The notes beneath the pieces were generated by a model. The model ran no database searches. It was given only the letters and a program-made list of their open reading frames with translations, and was not told where the DNA came from. Made by a program: the position numbers and the translations under genes. A DNA stretch of 63,888 bases, counting the filler, from Thraustochytrium aureum (Eukaryota): assembly GCA_012862495.1 (NCBI GenBank). It is 5 parts of 3 records of this genome, joined end to end, with 100 filler letters (N's around TTAATTAATTAA, not from the genome) between each part and the next. Parts side by side here need not be neighbours in the genome. Positions count along the whole stretch, not along the records: positions 31,663 to 52,031 come from BLSG01000427.1; positions 52,132 to 59,705 come from BLSG01000428.1; 3 more parts are not named here. The stretch is one strand, 5' to 3'. This document shows, piece by piece, positions 46,456 through 57,328 of this stretch (position 1 is the first letter of the stretch; each line of letters begins with the position of its first letter).

Positions 46456-47742
46456 ATGGTGCTCGCGATGAAAGCCGTGGGCGGCGTCGCTCTTCTGGCC
46501 GGCGTGGCCTGCGGGGAGGTGTTCCTGAAAGAGACGTTCTCGGACGCGGACTGGAGGAACAGATGGGTGGATAGCAACTGGAAGGACGCCGCCCAAATGG
46601 GCGAGTGGGAGTGGAGCTCCGGCGCCTGGCCCGGTGACGCCGAAAAGGACAAGGGCCTGCGGACCAAGGACAAGGCGCGGTTCTACGGCATCTCGCACAA
46701 GCTGGCCCAGCCGTTCTCCAACCGCGACAAGGACCTCGTCGTCCAGTTCTCGGTGAAGAACGAAGGCCGCACCACCTCGTTCTGCGGCGGCGGGTACATC
46801 AAGCTGCTGGGCAAGGACATCGACCAGTCCAAGTTTGGCGGCGACACGCCCTACAGCATCATGTTTGGCCCCGACCTCTGCGGCTACGACGTCAGCCGCA
46901 TCCACCTCATCTTCAACTACAAGGGCGAGAACCTCCTCAAGAAGGAGGACATCAAGATCGAGTACGCCGAAAAGAACGAGTACACGCACCTCTACACCCT
47001 GCACCTGCGCCCCGACAACACGTACACGGTCTACCTCGACCTCGAGGAAAAGTCGAGCGGCAAGATCACCGAGGGCTGGGCCTTTCCCAGCGAGTTCATC
47101 AACGACCCCGAGGACACCAAGCCGGCTGACTGGGAAGACGAGGAGATGATCGCCGACCCCGCCGAGTCAAAACCAGAGGGCTGGGACGACATCCCCGCCG
47201 AAATCCCGGACCCCGAGGCGGCGCGCCCGGATGACTGGGACGACGAGGACGACGGCGAGTGGGCCCCGCCGCTAATCCCCAACCCAGAGTTCAAGGGCGA
47301 GTGGAAGCCCAGCATGATCAAGAACCCCGCCTACAAGGGTGTTTGGAAGCCGAAGCAGATCCCCAACCCGGACTACGTTGCCGACGTCTACGCCTTCGAC
47401 GACCTCGGCAGCGTGGGCTTTGAGCTGTGGATCGTCGACAACGGCTCCATCTTCGACAACATCTTCATCGGCGACAACATCGATGAGGCCAAGGCTTTCG
47501 CCAAGGAGACGTTTGAGGTGACCAAGGTTGCGGAGAAGGCGGCCAAGGAGGCCATCGACGAAGCTGCCAAGGAGGCCGCCAAGGAGGCCGGTGGCGAGGA
47601 GGAGGAGGCCGGCGATATGCCCGACTTTGGCGACTTTGGCTCCCTCGGCGACGAGGAGGAGGACTTGGACGCAGAGGGCATGGCCGCAGACATGGAGGAA
47701 GAAGAGCTTGCGGCGGCAGAGGGGGACAAGGACGAGCTCTAA
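46456..47742 (+). CDS. CALR: Calreticulin
   Basis: Signal peptide, CGGGYIKL, YSIMFGPDLCG, P-domain repeats (DPEDTKPADWE, KPEGWDD, GEWKP), acidic tail ending KDEL. Confidence 0.97.
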   Translation: MVLAMKAVGGVALLAGVACGEVFLKETFSDADWRNRWVDSNWKDAAQMGEWEWSSGAWPGDAEKDKGLRTKDKARFYGISHKLAQPFSNRDKDLVVQFSVKNEGRTTSFCGGGYIKLLGKDIDQSKFGGDTPYSIMFGPDLCGYDVSRIHLIFNYKGENLLKKEDIKIEYAEKNEYTHLYTLHLRPDNTYTVYLDLEEKSSGKITEGWAFPSEFINDPEDTKPADWEDEEMIADPAESKPEGWDDIPAEIPDPEAARPDDWDDEDDGEWAPPLIPNPEFKGEWKPSMIKNPAYKGVWKPKQIPNPDYVADVYAFDDLGSVGFELWIVDNGSIFDNIFIGDNIDEAKAFAKETFEVTKVAEKAAKEAIDEAAKEAAKEAGGEEEEAGDMPDFGDFGSLGDEEEDLDAEGMAADMEEEELAAAEGDKDEL

Positions 47743-48197
47743 TCACCCTTCGCTTGCGCGGCCAAGCCGTCGTCGATCTGCAGATGATCTAGCCAACGAC
47801 CTGATCTCCGTCCTGACCGCTAGAGACGCTCAGGCGCTGGCACTGCTTGGCAGAAAAAGCTCGAGCCCATCGTCACCAACCAGCCCACGGCGGAACCTTG
47901 AACAGCCGCAAAACAACACAAAAAAAGCAAAGCCCTGTTTCTTCCTTGAAGTGAGAAACCCTACCTCAGCTCCTGCCGCCATCGTCAACGCGGCGCCGTG
48001 GCCCGGTGCACGCGCGAGGTGCGGCACAGACTCATCATCGGGCCAGCGAACAAAACGAGCCCGTGAGGACCGTTGCAGCGCTGCGCTTGCGTTTTGGAGG
48101 CCTGGCAGTCACGCAACTGGCCAGACAGCCAGGCAGCCAGCGAGCCGCACGCCAGCGGAGCGGCCTGGGCGGGGGCGCCCGGCCTGCCAGTCTGAGC

Positions 48198-49592
48198 ATG
48201 TCGCTGGACTATGTGGCGAGGGACGCGCTGGAACCGTTCAGCCGCGAACAAGCTGCAAATCTGGGCGAGGTCACCCAAGCCTGCGAGGAGGCCCTTCGCG
48301 ACAAGGCGGACTGGGAGAAGCAAGTCGGGGGACTGCTGACGCTCCGGAGGCTCGTAGTGCACGCGAGCGGGCAGCTCGCCAACCCGGCAATATACAAGGC
48401 ACTGCTTGGATGGACCTTGCAATGCCTCGACTCGCTCCGCTCAGTCGTGTCAAAGAACGCGGCGATGGCGCTGACAGACATGTTTGAGTTGCTTGGCAGC
48501 GAGCACAACGCGCCGCTCGCGGGGCTCCTCGTTCCGGCGCTCATGAAGCGAGCAGGGGATAATACCAACGCGTTCATTCGAGCGCAAGCAAGGGCGGCGC
48601 TCCGCATCTTTTGCGAAAAATGCGCCGAGCACGAAGCGGTGATCAGCCTAGCACAATTTATCGGTCACCGCAGCGCCGTCATGCGCATCAACGCGGTCGA
48701 GTTTATCAACCTCTGCCTTCGGGCAAATCCGCGACTTGCCCGGAAGGGAGGAATGGCGCATCAGCTCGAGCGCGACTGCCTCCAGTTGTCGCGCGACCCC
48801 CACCCGGAGGTGCGCACAGGGGCTAAGAAGCTGTTGGACATGCTCAACCAGGAGGGGCGGGGCAGCCCGCCGTCCTTCCTCCCTCGCGCTTCGCGTGGCT
48901 CGTCGCGGCTGCACCAGCGCCACCCAAAGCTCGAGCTGCCTGAGATCCCAACGGTTTCATCTATTGACGGCCAGCATCGCAGGCCAAACCAAGTCGCTTC
49001 GTCGAGAGCGCAGGGCGCCGACTCGTCGCCAGCGAATCGATCGTCGCCAGCCAAGCGGCGCTCGCCCGCTGCCAGGCACCCTTCCCCGCTCGCAAGTCGC
49101 TCCCCGATGGCAAAGCGGCCCGGCCACGCTAGGGGCTCACCAACTCATGGCCACCGTCAACAAGCGCCAAAGTCACCGGCGCGCCTTGCCAGCCCAGGCC
49201 GTTCCAAGGCCGCGGCGCACGCGCGATTCGGAACCTCTCACGCGTTGAAAACTCGCTCGCCGTCCGGCCGCCCTTCGCCCCGCGCAGCCTCGCCGTCGCC
49301 CAAAGGCCAGGTCCACGCCAGAGACTGGTCGCCCAGCAAGCGGACACGTGCCCAAGTGAGCGCATTGCGCAAGTCGCCGCGAGGCAAGCAGAGTGCGCCG
49401 CGCTGGTCCCCGCGAGAGCCCAAGACCCAGCAGCTGCCAAAGCTAGCCAGACCGATTCGCCAAAGCGCCAAGAGCGAGATCGGAGACCAAGATCTCGCGC
49501 CAAACGCAGGAAGCAAGCCTTTGGGCAAAACGCCAACACAATCCGGCCCGAGGACCTCGAGTACCTCTCAGAGTTTCGGAGCCCTCGCCTAG
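48198..49592 (+). CDS. TOG/CLASP-N HEAT-repeat microtubule-binding protein with S/P/R-rich tail; may continue to 50190 through an indel
   Basis: DWEKQVGGLLTLRRL, DSLRSVVSKNA, LMKRAGDNTNAFIR, SRDPHPEVR (TOGARAM/CLASP-type HEAT motifs). Confidence 0.8.
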   Translation: MSLDYVARDALEPFSREQAANLGEVTQACEEALRDKADWEKQVGGLLTLRRLVVHASGQLANPAIYKALLGWTLQCLDSLRSVVSKNAAMALTDMFELLGSEHNAPLAGLLVPALMKRAGDNTNAFIRAQARAALRIFCEKCAEHEAVISLAQFIGHRSAVMRINAVEFINLCLRANPRLARKGGMAHQLERDCLQLSRDPHPEVRTGAKKLLDMLNQEGRGSPPSFLPRASRGSSRLHQRHPKLELPEIPTVSSIDGQHRRPNQVASSRAQGADSSPANRSSPAKRRSPAARHPSPLASRSPMAKRPGHARGSPTHGHRQQAPKSPARLASPGRSKAAAHARFGTSHALKTRSPSGRPSPRAASPSPKGQVHARDWSPSKRTRAQVSALRKSPRGKQSAPRWSPREPKTQQLPKLARPIRQSAKSEIGDQDLAPNAGSKPLGKTPTQSGPRTSSTSQSFGALA

Positions 49593-50562
49593 GCCCACCA
49601 AGGTCGCTTCGCGCGCAGCAGCATCCGAACCGCACTCTGTGCGCGCCAGCAGCGTCGAGCGGCCCGCTGCATCGCCTGAACGCAATTTCAGTTCGCGACC
49701 CTGCAACATTGAGGCCTCGCCCTGGAACCCGGATGTTTCCTCGTTTGGGCTTGCACCGAACCAACCAGAGCTGAGGCAGCATCACTATCCGGCAAGCGGA
49801 GATCCGCAACGGAGACTAGCGCCGAGCTACCAGCCCTCGCCGTACGTTCAGCAACTGGCACCGCGCAGCATACAGCCCAGCATGCTCCTTCCGCCAATGC
49901 CCCAGCTGGACGCCGACCCAGTATTCCAGAGCGTCGCGCGCACATTTGACCAGGCGCGGGGTCCAGGAGCGCACGCGAACGGCCCGCGCGGGCCATACGG
50001 CGCGGCCTCTGCAATCGCGCGGCCGCAGCTCACTCCAATAGACCCAGTGCCAAACTGGCCGCCTCCGGCCGCTTCGCAGCGCGGGGCGTTCCAGCAAGTC
50101 CCGCACCTCGGGCAGCAACTGCGCCGCCGTCTTGGCCAACAAAGCCTGAGCGACATGTCGCTGAGGGTCAGCGCATCGTTCAACAGCTAGGCGCGATTGA
50201 TTCTGAGGAACGCGAGGTCATGGCGGAGCTGCGGTCCCTCGACGACGCTCTCAACCTGATTCGCGCCAAACAGTCGCGCCGGGCTGGACCTGGCGCTGGC
50301 CGCCCCTTGGAGTTGAGCTCGCTCGGCGCGTCGGCGTACTATTCTGCCAAGGCGGCGGCAAGCTCGGGGACGAGCGACTAGGGTCCACTGCGGGCCCACG
50401 TCACCCGACTGGCTCGCCTCCCTCCCTCCCTCCCTCTCCCCGCGTAGTAGCTCGAGCTAGCTAGAGTAGAGCTTGAATTTGAACTTGCGCCGCTCTGGTC
50501 GTTCGGGTGTTCGTTTCCGCAGGGCGCAGCTCTTGCTGCAACTTGGGTTCAGCCGCCTACGC

Positions 50563-51756
50563 CTACGCCGGCGCCTCGCAGATCGGGTCCGAACCCGGGG
50601 GCCCGAGCCACCACACCACCGTGTTGCACGGGCCAGGGATCGTATCGACTGTTTCGCACTGGATGCCCGGGTGCTTGCGCCGCAGGAACTCGCACAGCTG
50701 CTCTCGAGNNNNNNNNNNNNNNNNNNNNNNNNNNNNNNNNNNNNNNNNNNNNNNNNNNNNNNNNNNNNNNNNNNNNNNNNNNNNNNNNNNNNNNNNNNNN
50801 NNNNNNNNNNNNNNNNNNNNNNNNNNNNNNNNNNNNNNNNNNNNNNNNNNNNNNNNNNNNNNNNNNNNNNNNNNNNNNNNNNNNNNNNNNNNNNNNNNNN
50901 NNNNNNNNNNNNNCCCGCTGTCAGTCTCTGACAAAGCGAGGAGCTCTCGCGCCTTGTTGGGCCTGAGGCAAATCTCGTGCGGGTCCACCACGGTGACCCG
51001 GACTGGCCAGCGCCGCTCCATGACGAGCTCCCAAGCCAGGTTGCCGTTTCCACCCGCGACGTCGAGGATGCGAGTCGGGTGCTGGCGACGGGACAGCCCG
51101 AAGGCGAGGTCGAGCCAATCGGCGAACGCTTTGAAGCGGTGCTTTTGGCTCTTCAGCCGTGTGTACACCTTGCGATTTCTGCCGTAGCGGCGCCTCGGCA
51201 CCGCATCAAGGTCGGCGAGTCGGACCAAGCTGCTCGGCGCGCTGCGCGCGTTGTAGCGCCTTCGTCTTCTCCGCCAGTGCGAGCGCTTTCGCAGCGCGCC
51301 TCTCTTCAAATCGTTCGCGCGGCATGGCCCGGATCAACAGCTCGCGCCCCTCATGCCCGTCGGGCCCCTCGACCATCACTACATCGTCCTCCAGGTACGC
51401 ACCAAACTCCGCGGCAAGCCTGTCCCTGACGGCATCAGCTCCATCAAAGTCCTTCGTCGCCTTGAGCCTCGCGCGCTCCAGCAGCCCGTCGCGCAGGCCG
51501 CTCGCCATGCCAAGGTCAACGTGAACCTCAAGCGCAACGCGACCCCCTTCAACTTCAACGACCTCCGCCCCAAAACCACTGTTGCCAGGCCGCTGCGCTG
51601 GCCCGTCTCCTGCGTTTCGGCCTCATCTCGTCGCCTGGCCTTGTTCATCGGCGCCTCCATTTCGACGCCGTTCCCGTCCACAGCGGTCTCGTTCGCGTCA
51701 GCCCTGCGCCGCCGCCGCCTCCTGCTCCCCTCACCACGCCCTGCAGCCGTGCTCAT
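50563..51756 (-). CDS. Putative SAM-dependent methyltransferase preceded by a CysRS anticodon-binding-like module; indels near 51228 and 51515, gap 50709-50913
   Basis: ERARLKATKDFDGADAVRDRLAAEFGAYLED, then RFKAFADWL..AFG...RILDVAGGNGNLAWEL...VTVVDP (SAM motif I-like). C-terminus EQLCEFLRRK. Confidence 0.65.
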
Positions 51757-52031
51757 CGTCCGCCACGTCTGCCGCCTCTGGATCTCCTGGCGCTACACTG
51801 CCACCGCTGCGCGCCCCCAGCCGACGACCTGGCTGCGCGACGCGGCCAGTGTTGCTTCTTGGCCTCAACCTCTAGCTCAAGTACCAAGCTGGCTGCCCTT
51901 GGCCTCGGCCGCGTTCGGCGTCTGCGTGCCCCGCAGATAGCTCGTCTTCCTGGCCACGCACAGGTCTGCCTTCCCCGCAGGTACTACTAGCTCGTCTTCC
52001 TCCGCCGCGTTACAGGGTCCGCCTGCCTGCC

Positions 52032-52131
52032 NNNNNNNNNNNNNNNNNNNNNNNNNNNNNNNNNNNNNNNNNNNNTTAATTAATTAANNNNNNNNNNNNN
52101 NNNNNNNNNNNNNNNNNNNNNNNNNNNNNNN
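52032..52131. other. Artificial scaffold-joining linker
   Basis: N44-TTAATTAATTAA-N44. Confidence 0.97.
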
Positions 52132-53332
52132 GCAGTGGCCATCCTGGCGTCTGCAGCGCGCCCAAGCGAGATGCTCCTTGGGATGGCGACCGGCTGCTTG
52201 AAGCTTGCTTGGCGTTGGGCGGCAAACGATAGGTTTTGCGTTCTACGCGCGTGGAATGGAGTAGGTCCTAATCGGGGTCTACCAGACGCGCGGCGAACGC
52301 GGCTGTCTCGTGTTTCCAAGAGCCGTAGCAGATTGTGAGACTTCATGTTGGGTCGCGACGTGGGGGCAAAACCAACTCTTTCTGCGGCGCGGCGCAGAGG
52401 GATTGTGTCCGTTGGCAATCGTTGCATGCCGAATCGACATCTCCTTCCGACCTGGCGCGAGCAGTTTGTCGCTGCGTAACAACCGCGCACTGCTACAAGC
52501 GTCATCTCTCAAGAGCACCAGAGCGAGCTACTAGAGGAGTTTGCGTGGAGGACCTCCCTTTAAAATCAAAGGAGCTGGAGAGGAAGAAGGCATTTGCCCG
52601 TTGAGTTCCCAACGCGGAGGCAGCCCCACCTGTTTCGCTGTGTAAAGGAGCGATAGCCTTGCACGGCGGTACAACGGCGGCATGAACCCTCAGCTTCACT
52701 TCACCGCCAGAGGCCCAGGGCGGCTGACTGCTCTAACCTAGAAAACAATCCGTTGCGGCCATGTAAAACAACCTCAGAGCTCTCCCGAGCAACTTGTCCA
52801 ATTCAACTCGGGGTGGACGCTCCGGCAGAAGACTCTGGATCCTCTGCAGGGCCTCTGGTTTCTCTGCAGGGTCCTCCGCAAGGCTCGGATGTCACCAGCA
52901 TTCCAGCGGCGCTGCGAAATCGCAAGCGAGTTGGTCAACCCAACGAGGATCCTCCTCCTTGGTCGAGCATCCCGGGCGGCGGCAGCTGCGCCAACCATCG
53001 CAAGCCTCTCCAACCGCGCAGCCCGGCAGCGCGCAAAGATGCTCGAGTTGAGTTGACGGTACCGGTACTGTACTCGAGTACTCTAAGGTCATAGAGCAGA
53101 CTCGCTTTGTTCGTCAGCGGTCTGGCCCAGTGGCGCCAAACCGCCGAGCAAACAAACGCTGGAGCTCGGGCCGGTGCAGGTCCGCAATCGCGAGAGGGGC
53201 TGCGCGGCCTGCCTGGCGCGAATCGTGGGCGCCAGGGCTCTTTTTTTGTTTTGTTGTGGCGCCAGTGGCTGTGGCGCCGAGCGGTTGCGGGGCCTGCTCG
53301 CAAGGTTGCGAATTGGTTTGCCTTGGCTGGAG

Positions 53333-54889
53333 ATGGCGGCCTCGCCGAGCCGCCAAGGGCTGGCGCGCTGGGTGGAGTTGCTCCAGCAGTACGAGGCGGA
53401 CCATGCGATTCGGGGCGAGATCGACGCCGACCATGAGGTGCAGCGCAGGCTACGGCAGATTTTCGTTGAGCGGCACGAGGTCGCTGCGAAGCTGGAGCCC
53501 ACACTGAAGGTGATCCCACGGTTCTTCCCACGCGCGAGCAAGCGCAGTGGCGCGCACAGCGCGCAATCAAGAGACCCAGTGGCGCTGGACCAACTGACGG
53601 CGCAGCAGCTGGTCCGCCAGCTCGCTCGATCGCGGTTTCTGCAGCGGAAAAACCAAGAGATGCTCGTGGAGGACGACCTCCGCGTGGTCTTCGAGGTCTT
53701 GCGCGCGCACAACTCGGAGCCGTACGTGCCTCGCTCTGCTAGCAAGACTGCGCCGCGCGACAGGGGCCGCGCAAGAGACGAAGGGGAGGCGGCTGAGGCG
53801 GGCGACTCGCCAAGCGGGGCGGAGGAGGACGCCTCCTCCGGGGACGACCGCGTGAGCGGGCGCATCAACTACGACGACTTTTGCACAGCGCGCGAGGCTC
53901 TGCCAGACTACCTTGCGGACCGCTTCTTTCACGTGGACACGTTCGCCAAGTTTCGCAGGGACGAGTGGGGGCGGGTGAGCACGCAAATGCTCTTTCAGTA
54001 CGTGTGTCGGCACGTCTCGCTGTACCAGACTCGGATCCAGCTGTCGATGTATGACACGCAGGGAGACGGCTACTTGCGCGAGCAAGACCTGGAAAACTAC
54101 ATTTACGAGCTGATCCCGAGCCTGGAGGCGCTGGGCGATCTTCAGGAGAACTTTTACCCGTTTTACGTCTTCACGGCGGTCCGCAAGTTTTTCTTCTTCC
54201 TGGACCCAAAGCACACGTGCAAGGTAGCGATCAAGGACCTTGTCACCTCCCCGATCCTGCACGAGCTGCTACACCTTCAAAACTATGCCGACGACGCCGA
54301 CCGCGAAGGGGCAGATCCGTTCAACTGGTTCTCGGCGCACAACACGCTTCGAGTGTACAGCCAGTACCTCGAACTGGACATCGACCACAACGGCATGTTG
54401 AGCCGCTCTGAGATTGCGGGCTACGGCACTGGCTCGCTCACGACGGCGCTGATCAACCGCGTCTTTGAGGAGTGCCTTACCTACGACGGGGAAATGGACT
54501 ACAAAACGTTCCTGGACTTTGCCTTGGCGATGGAGACCAAAAAGTCCCCCCAGAGCTTGGCCTACTTTTTCCGTCTTTTGGACGTCAACAAGAGCGGTTA
54601 TTTGGACCGCTTCACCATCAACTACTTTTTCCGTGAGATTGTGCAGCGGCTGCGCGAGCTGGACGGAGGTGTCAATGGCGACGTCGTTCGCGTCGAGGAC
54701 GTCACGGACGAGATATTTGACATGTGCAAGCCGTTGGATCCTGCTAGGATAACGCTCGCCGACCTGGTTCGATGCGGGGTGGGCGACACCATTGTCACGA
54801 TGCTGACCGACTTGAGCGGTTTCTGGGCATACGACAACCGCGAGCACTTGATTGCGGAGGAGGCGCGCGAGGAGCGGGAGGATTCGTAG
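53333..54889 (+). CDS. PPP2R3C: PP2A regulatory subunit B'' gamma
   Basis: GYLREQDLENYIYELIP, FYPFYVFTAVRKFFFFLDP, NWFSA...VYSQYLELDIDHNGMLS, MDYKTFLDF.LAME, GFWAYDNRE. Confidence 0.95.
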   Translation: MAASPSRQGLARWVELLQQYEADHAIRGEIDADHEVQRRLRQIFVERHEVAAKLEPTLKVIPRFFPRASKRSGAHSAQSRDPVALDQLTAQQLVRQLARSRFLQRKNQEMLVEDDLRVVFEVLRAHNSEPYVPRSASKTAPRDRGRARDEGEAAEAGDSPSGAEEDASSGDDRVSGRINYDDFCTAREALPDYLADRFFHVDTFAKFRRDEWGRVSTQMLFQYVCRHVSLYQTRIQLSMYDTQGDGYLREQDLENYIYELIPSLEALGDLQENFYPFYVFTAVRKFFFFLDPKHTCKVAIKDLVTSPILHELLHLQNYADDADREGADPFNWFSAHNTLRVYSQYLELDIDHNGMLSRSEIAGYGTGSLTTALINRVFEECLTYDGEMDYKTFLDFALAMETKKSPQSLAYFFRLLDVNKSGYLDRFTINYFFREIVQRLRELDGGVNGDVVRVEDVTDEIFDMCKPLDPARITLADLVRCGVGDTIVTMLTDLSGFWAYDNREHLIAEEAREEREDS

Positions 54890-55471
54890 GCCCGTGCGGA
54901 CGTGCCTACAGAGGTCGCGCCGGAGGCGCAGTTGTCCGATGGCGCGGCCGCGGTGGGCCGCCTCGGTAGCTTTTGTCTTTTCTGCCCACTTAGAGCTTCA
55001 TTTCTTTCAAGATTGAAGAGCGAGGAAAGAGGGGAAAGTAGCATCGTCGGCAAGGGCAGGGTCGTGGGCTTGTGTCGGCTTTGCCGCGCGGCGTGGGCTT
55101 GGCGTTCAAGCGCCGCAACCACGTCATGGGCACACCGTACTCCTCTTCTGGGGAACCTGTAGCCAGAGAAACGTTCTGAGCGGCTGTGCCCCTCGCCGTA
55201 GGGCGGGCGCGCCCCCTCCCCTCCCCCGGAAGGCGGGCGTTCTCTTCGAGAGAGATCCCTCTTTTCTTTGTTGGGCCGCAAGGCAAGTAACGTGCGCGCC
55301 GCCCAAGAAGGAGACTTGTCGCTCTGTTGGATCAGCGCACGCTATGCTACGGTGTATGTAATAGGGAAACGCTCGTCGTTGCTCTCGACGCGGTCTCCAC
55401 GGATGCGCGGCTATCATAATACAGCTGATCCCAGCGCCCAGCGCAGTTGCGCGACAGATCGCCGTCCCCAA

Positions 55472-56516
55472 CTAGGCAACAGCCGCCCGCGGGACGCCCG
55501 CCATGTGCCTGGTCGCGCTGGAGCTGCGGCTGCGCAGGAGTTCCCCACTTGCGCGCGGTCGCTCGCCCTTGACTTGGTCTTGCGCGCCCTCCGTGACCGC
55601 CGCGCTAGCAATGCCCGGCTCGTCCTCCAACTGCGGCATGGATCGCAGATTGCGCCACAGGCGCGAAAAGTCCTTGACCAACAGCGCGCCGTAAAGGAAG
55701 ACTATGATCTGCGTCGGCCTGTACAACTCCTCAGAGCCGGCAAACCGAGCCGGTTCGACTGCTACAAGGTATGCCCACGAGACCGCGAGAGTGACGCCCC
55801 ATACAAGAAACTTGTTGACGTTGTGCTGCAACCTGAAGCGAGCCCCGATCGACGTGACGAAAAAGAACGGGATCAGCGCCGGGTTCGAGGAGAGGTGGCG
55901 GCCCAGCAAAATGTATGGCAGCACGAGCGTGAACGCATACAAGTTGTGCCAGTCGCGAGAGCTGATCATGCCCTTGCGCACCAGCGTCATCAGGAAGGCG
56001 GAGATCTGGACCGGCATCACAGTGGCAAAAGCAAAGTCCATGCCCACGAAGGTCGACATCGTGGCGTGGAACTGGGCAATAGCGTGGAATCGCTTGATTT
56101 GCTTCTTGCTTAGCTCGGGCGTCCCAGCCGGGTAGGGCATGCCGCGCATCGTCTTGTCTCCGCTCTCGAACACTGCCGAGATTGCGTCCGAAAGGACGAG
56201 AGTGGCCAGGATGAGCGCCGCACCAGAGGCCGGAGCGAGGTCGGCGCGGCCAACGTGCGCGAGAAGCTTGCCAAGGATCACAGCCAGGATGGGGCGGTAC
56301 GCGAACAGGATGTTGTGTGCGCGAAACTCGGGCCAAATCATCGGCCTGTCGGTCTTGATGCGTTGCTTGGGCAGCCTGAAGACGAGCGAGGACCCGGAGA
56401 GCAAAGCGTGGCAGGCCATGCAGGCGACCACGAAGGCGGTGCTGTCGGTCTCAAACCCCATGTCGCCGCCCACCACGAACCGGCCGAACCTGTACAAGAA
56501 GTGCAGGAGACAGAGC
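55472..56516 (-). CDS. Uncharacterised multi-pass membrane protein, 5' end in gap
   Basis: LCLLHFLYRF...CHALLSGSSLVF.LP..R....PMIWPEFRAHNILFA.R; TMRGMPYP; AQFHAT; PVQISAFLMTLVRK; 8 or more hydrophobic segments. Confidence 0.75.
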
Positions 56517-57328
56517 NNNNNNNNNNNNNNNNNNNNNNNNNNNNNNNNNNNNNNNNNNNNNNNNNNNNNNNNNNNNNNNNNNNNNNNNNNNNNNNNNNNN
56601 NNNNNNNNNNNNNNNNNNNNNNNNNNNNNNNNNNNNNNNNNNNNNNNNNNNNNNNNNNNNNNNNNNNNNNNNNNNNNNNNNNNNNNNNNNNNNNNNNNNN
56701 NNNNNNNNNNNNNNNNNNNNNNNNNNNNNNNNNNNNNNNNNNNNNNNNNNNNNNNNNNNNNNNNNNNNNNNNNNNNNNNNNNNNNNNNNNNNNNNNNNNN
56801 NNNNNNNNNNNNNNNNNNNNNNNNNNNNNNNNNNNNNNNNNNNNNNNNNNNNNNNNNCTCGCCTGTCCTGACCCCCTGGTATCCAGGACACTATTGAGTT
56901 GTGTTCTTCTCCGAGTCCTCCCGCGGGAAGCCAGGGATTCTCTTTTCCCCGCCGATTACCTACCCAGTACTCCCCTACCCACGCACGTGCGGGCAGCAGC
57001 AGAGCGCGAAACTGCGCTGATCATCGGCCCTCTCCACGTCGTAACATGATCGATCAATCGCGGCCTCCTTCTACCTTGCTCGTAGGGTACGCCTGATGGC
57101 TCTCGAGTCGCGAGCATGCCGACTCGCAACATGTGCTTCTTCTGTGAGCATGTGAGCAGGTACCTCGAAGAACAGAGAGCGGCTCGGCTCCTGCGATTCA
57201 ACGAACAACAGAGCTATTCGCTGACCAACCAGCCACAGCCCGAGCAGCATGTGAGATGACGAGGTGCGAGGCCGTGGAGGCGGAGGAGGAGGAGGAGGGA
57301 TTGCTGGCAGAGTCGGGAGAGCGACCGG

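Noticed and set aside
52132..53300. Short ORFs or an RNA gene upstream of PPP2R3C
   Set aside because: No motifs, coding bias or recognisable tRNA/snRNA structure by eye.
35237..54889. Cytoskeletal/flagellar gene cluster (TBCE, TOG, PPP2R3C)
   Set aside because: The genes are interspersed with unrelated ones and PPP2R3C lies on a different scaffold.
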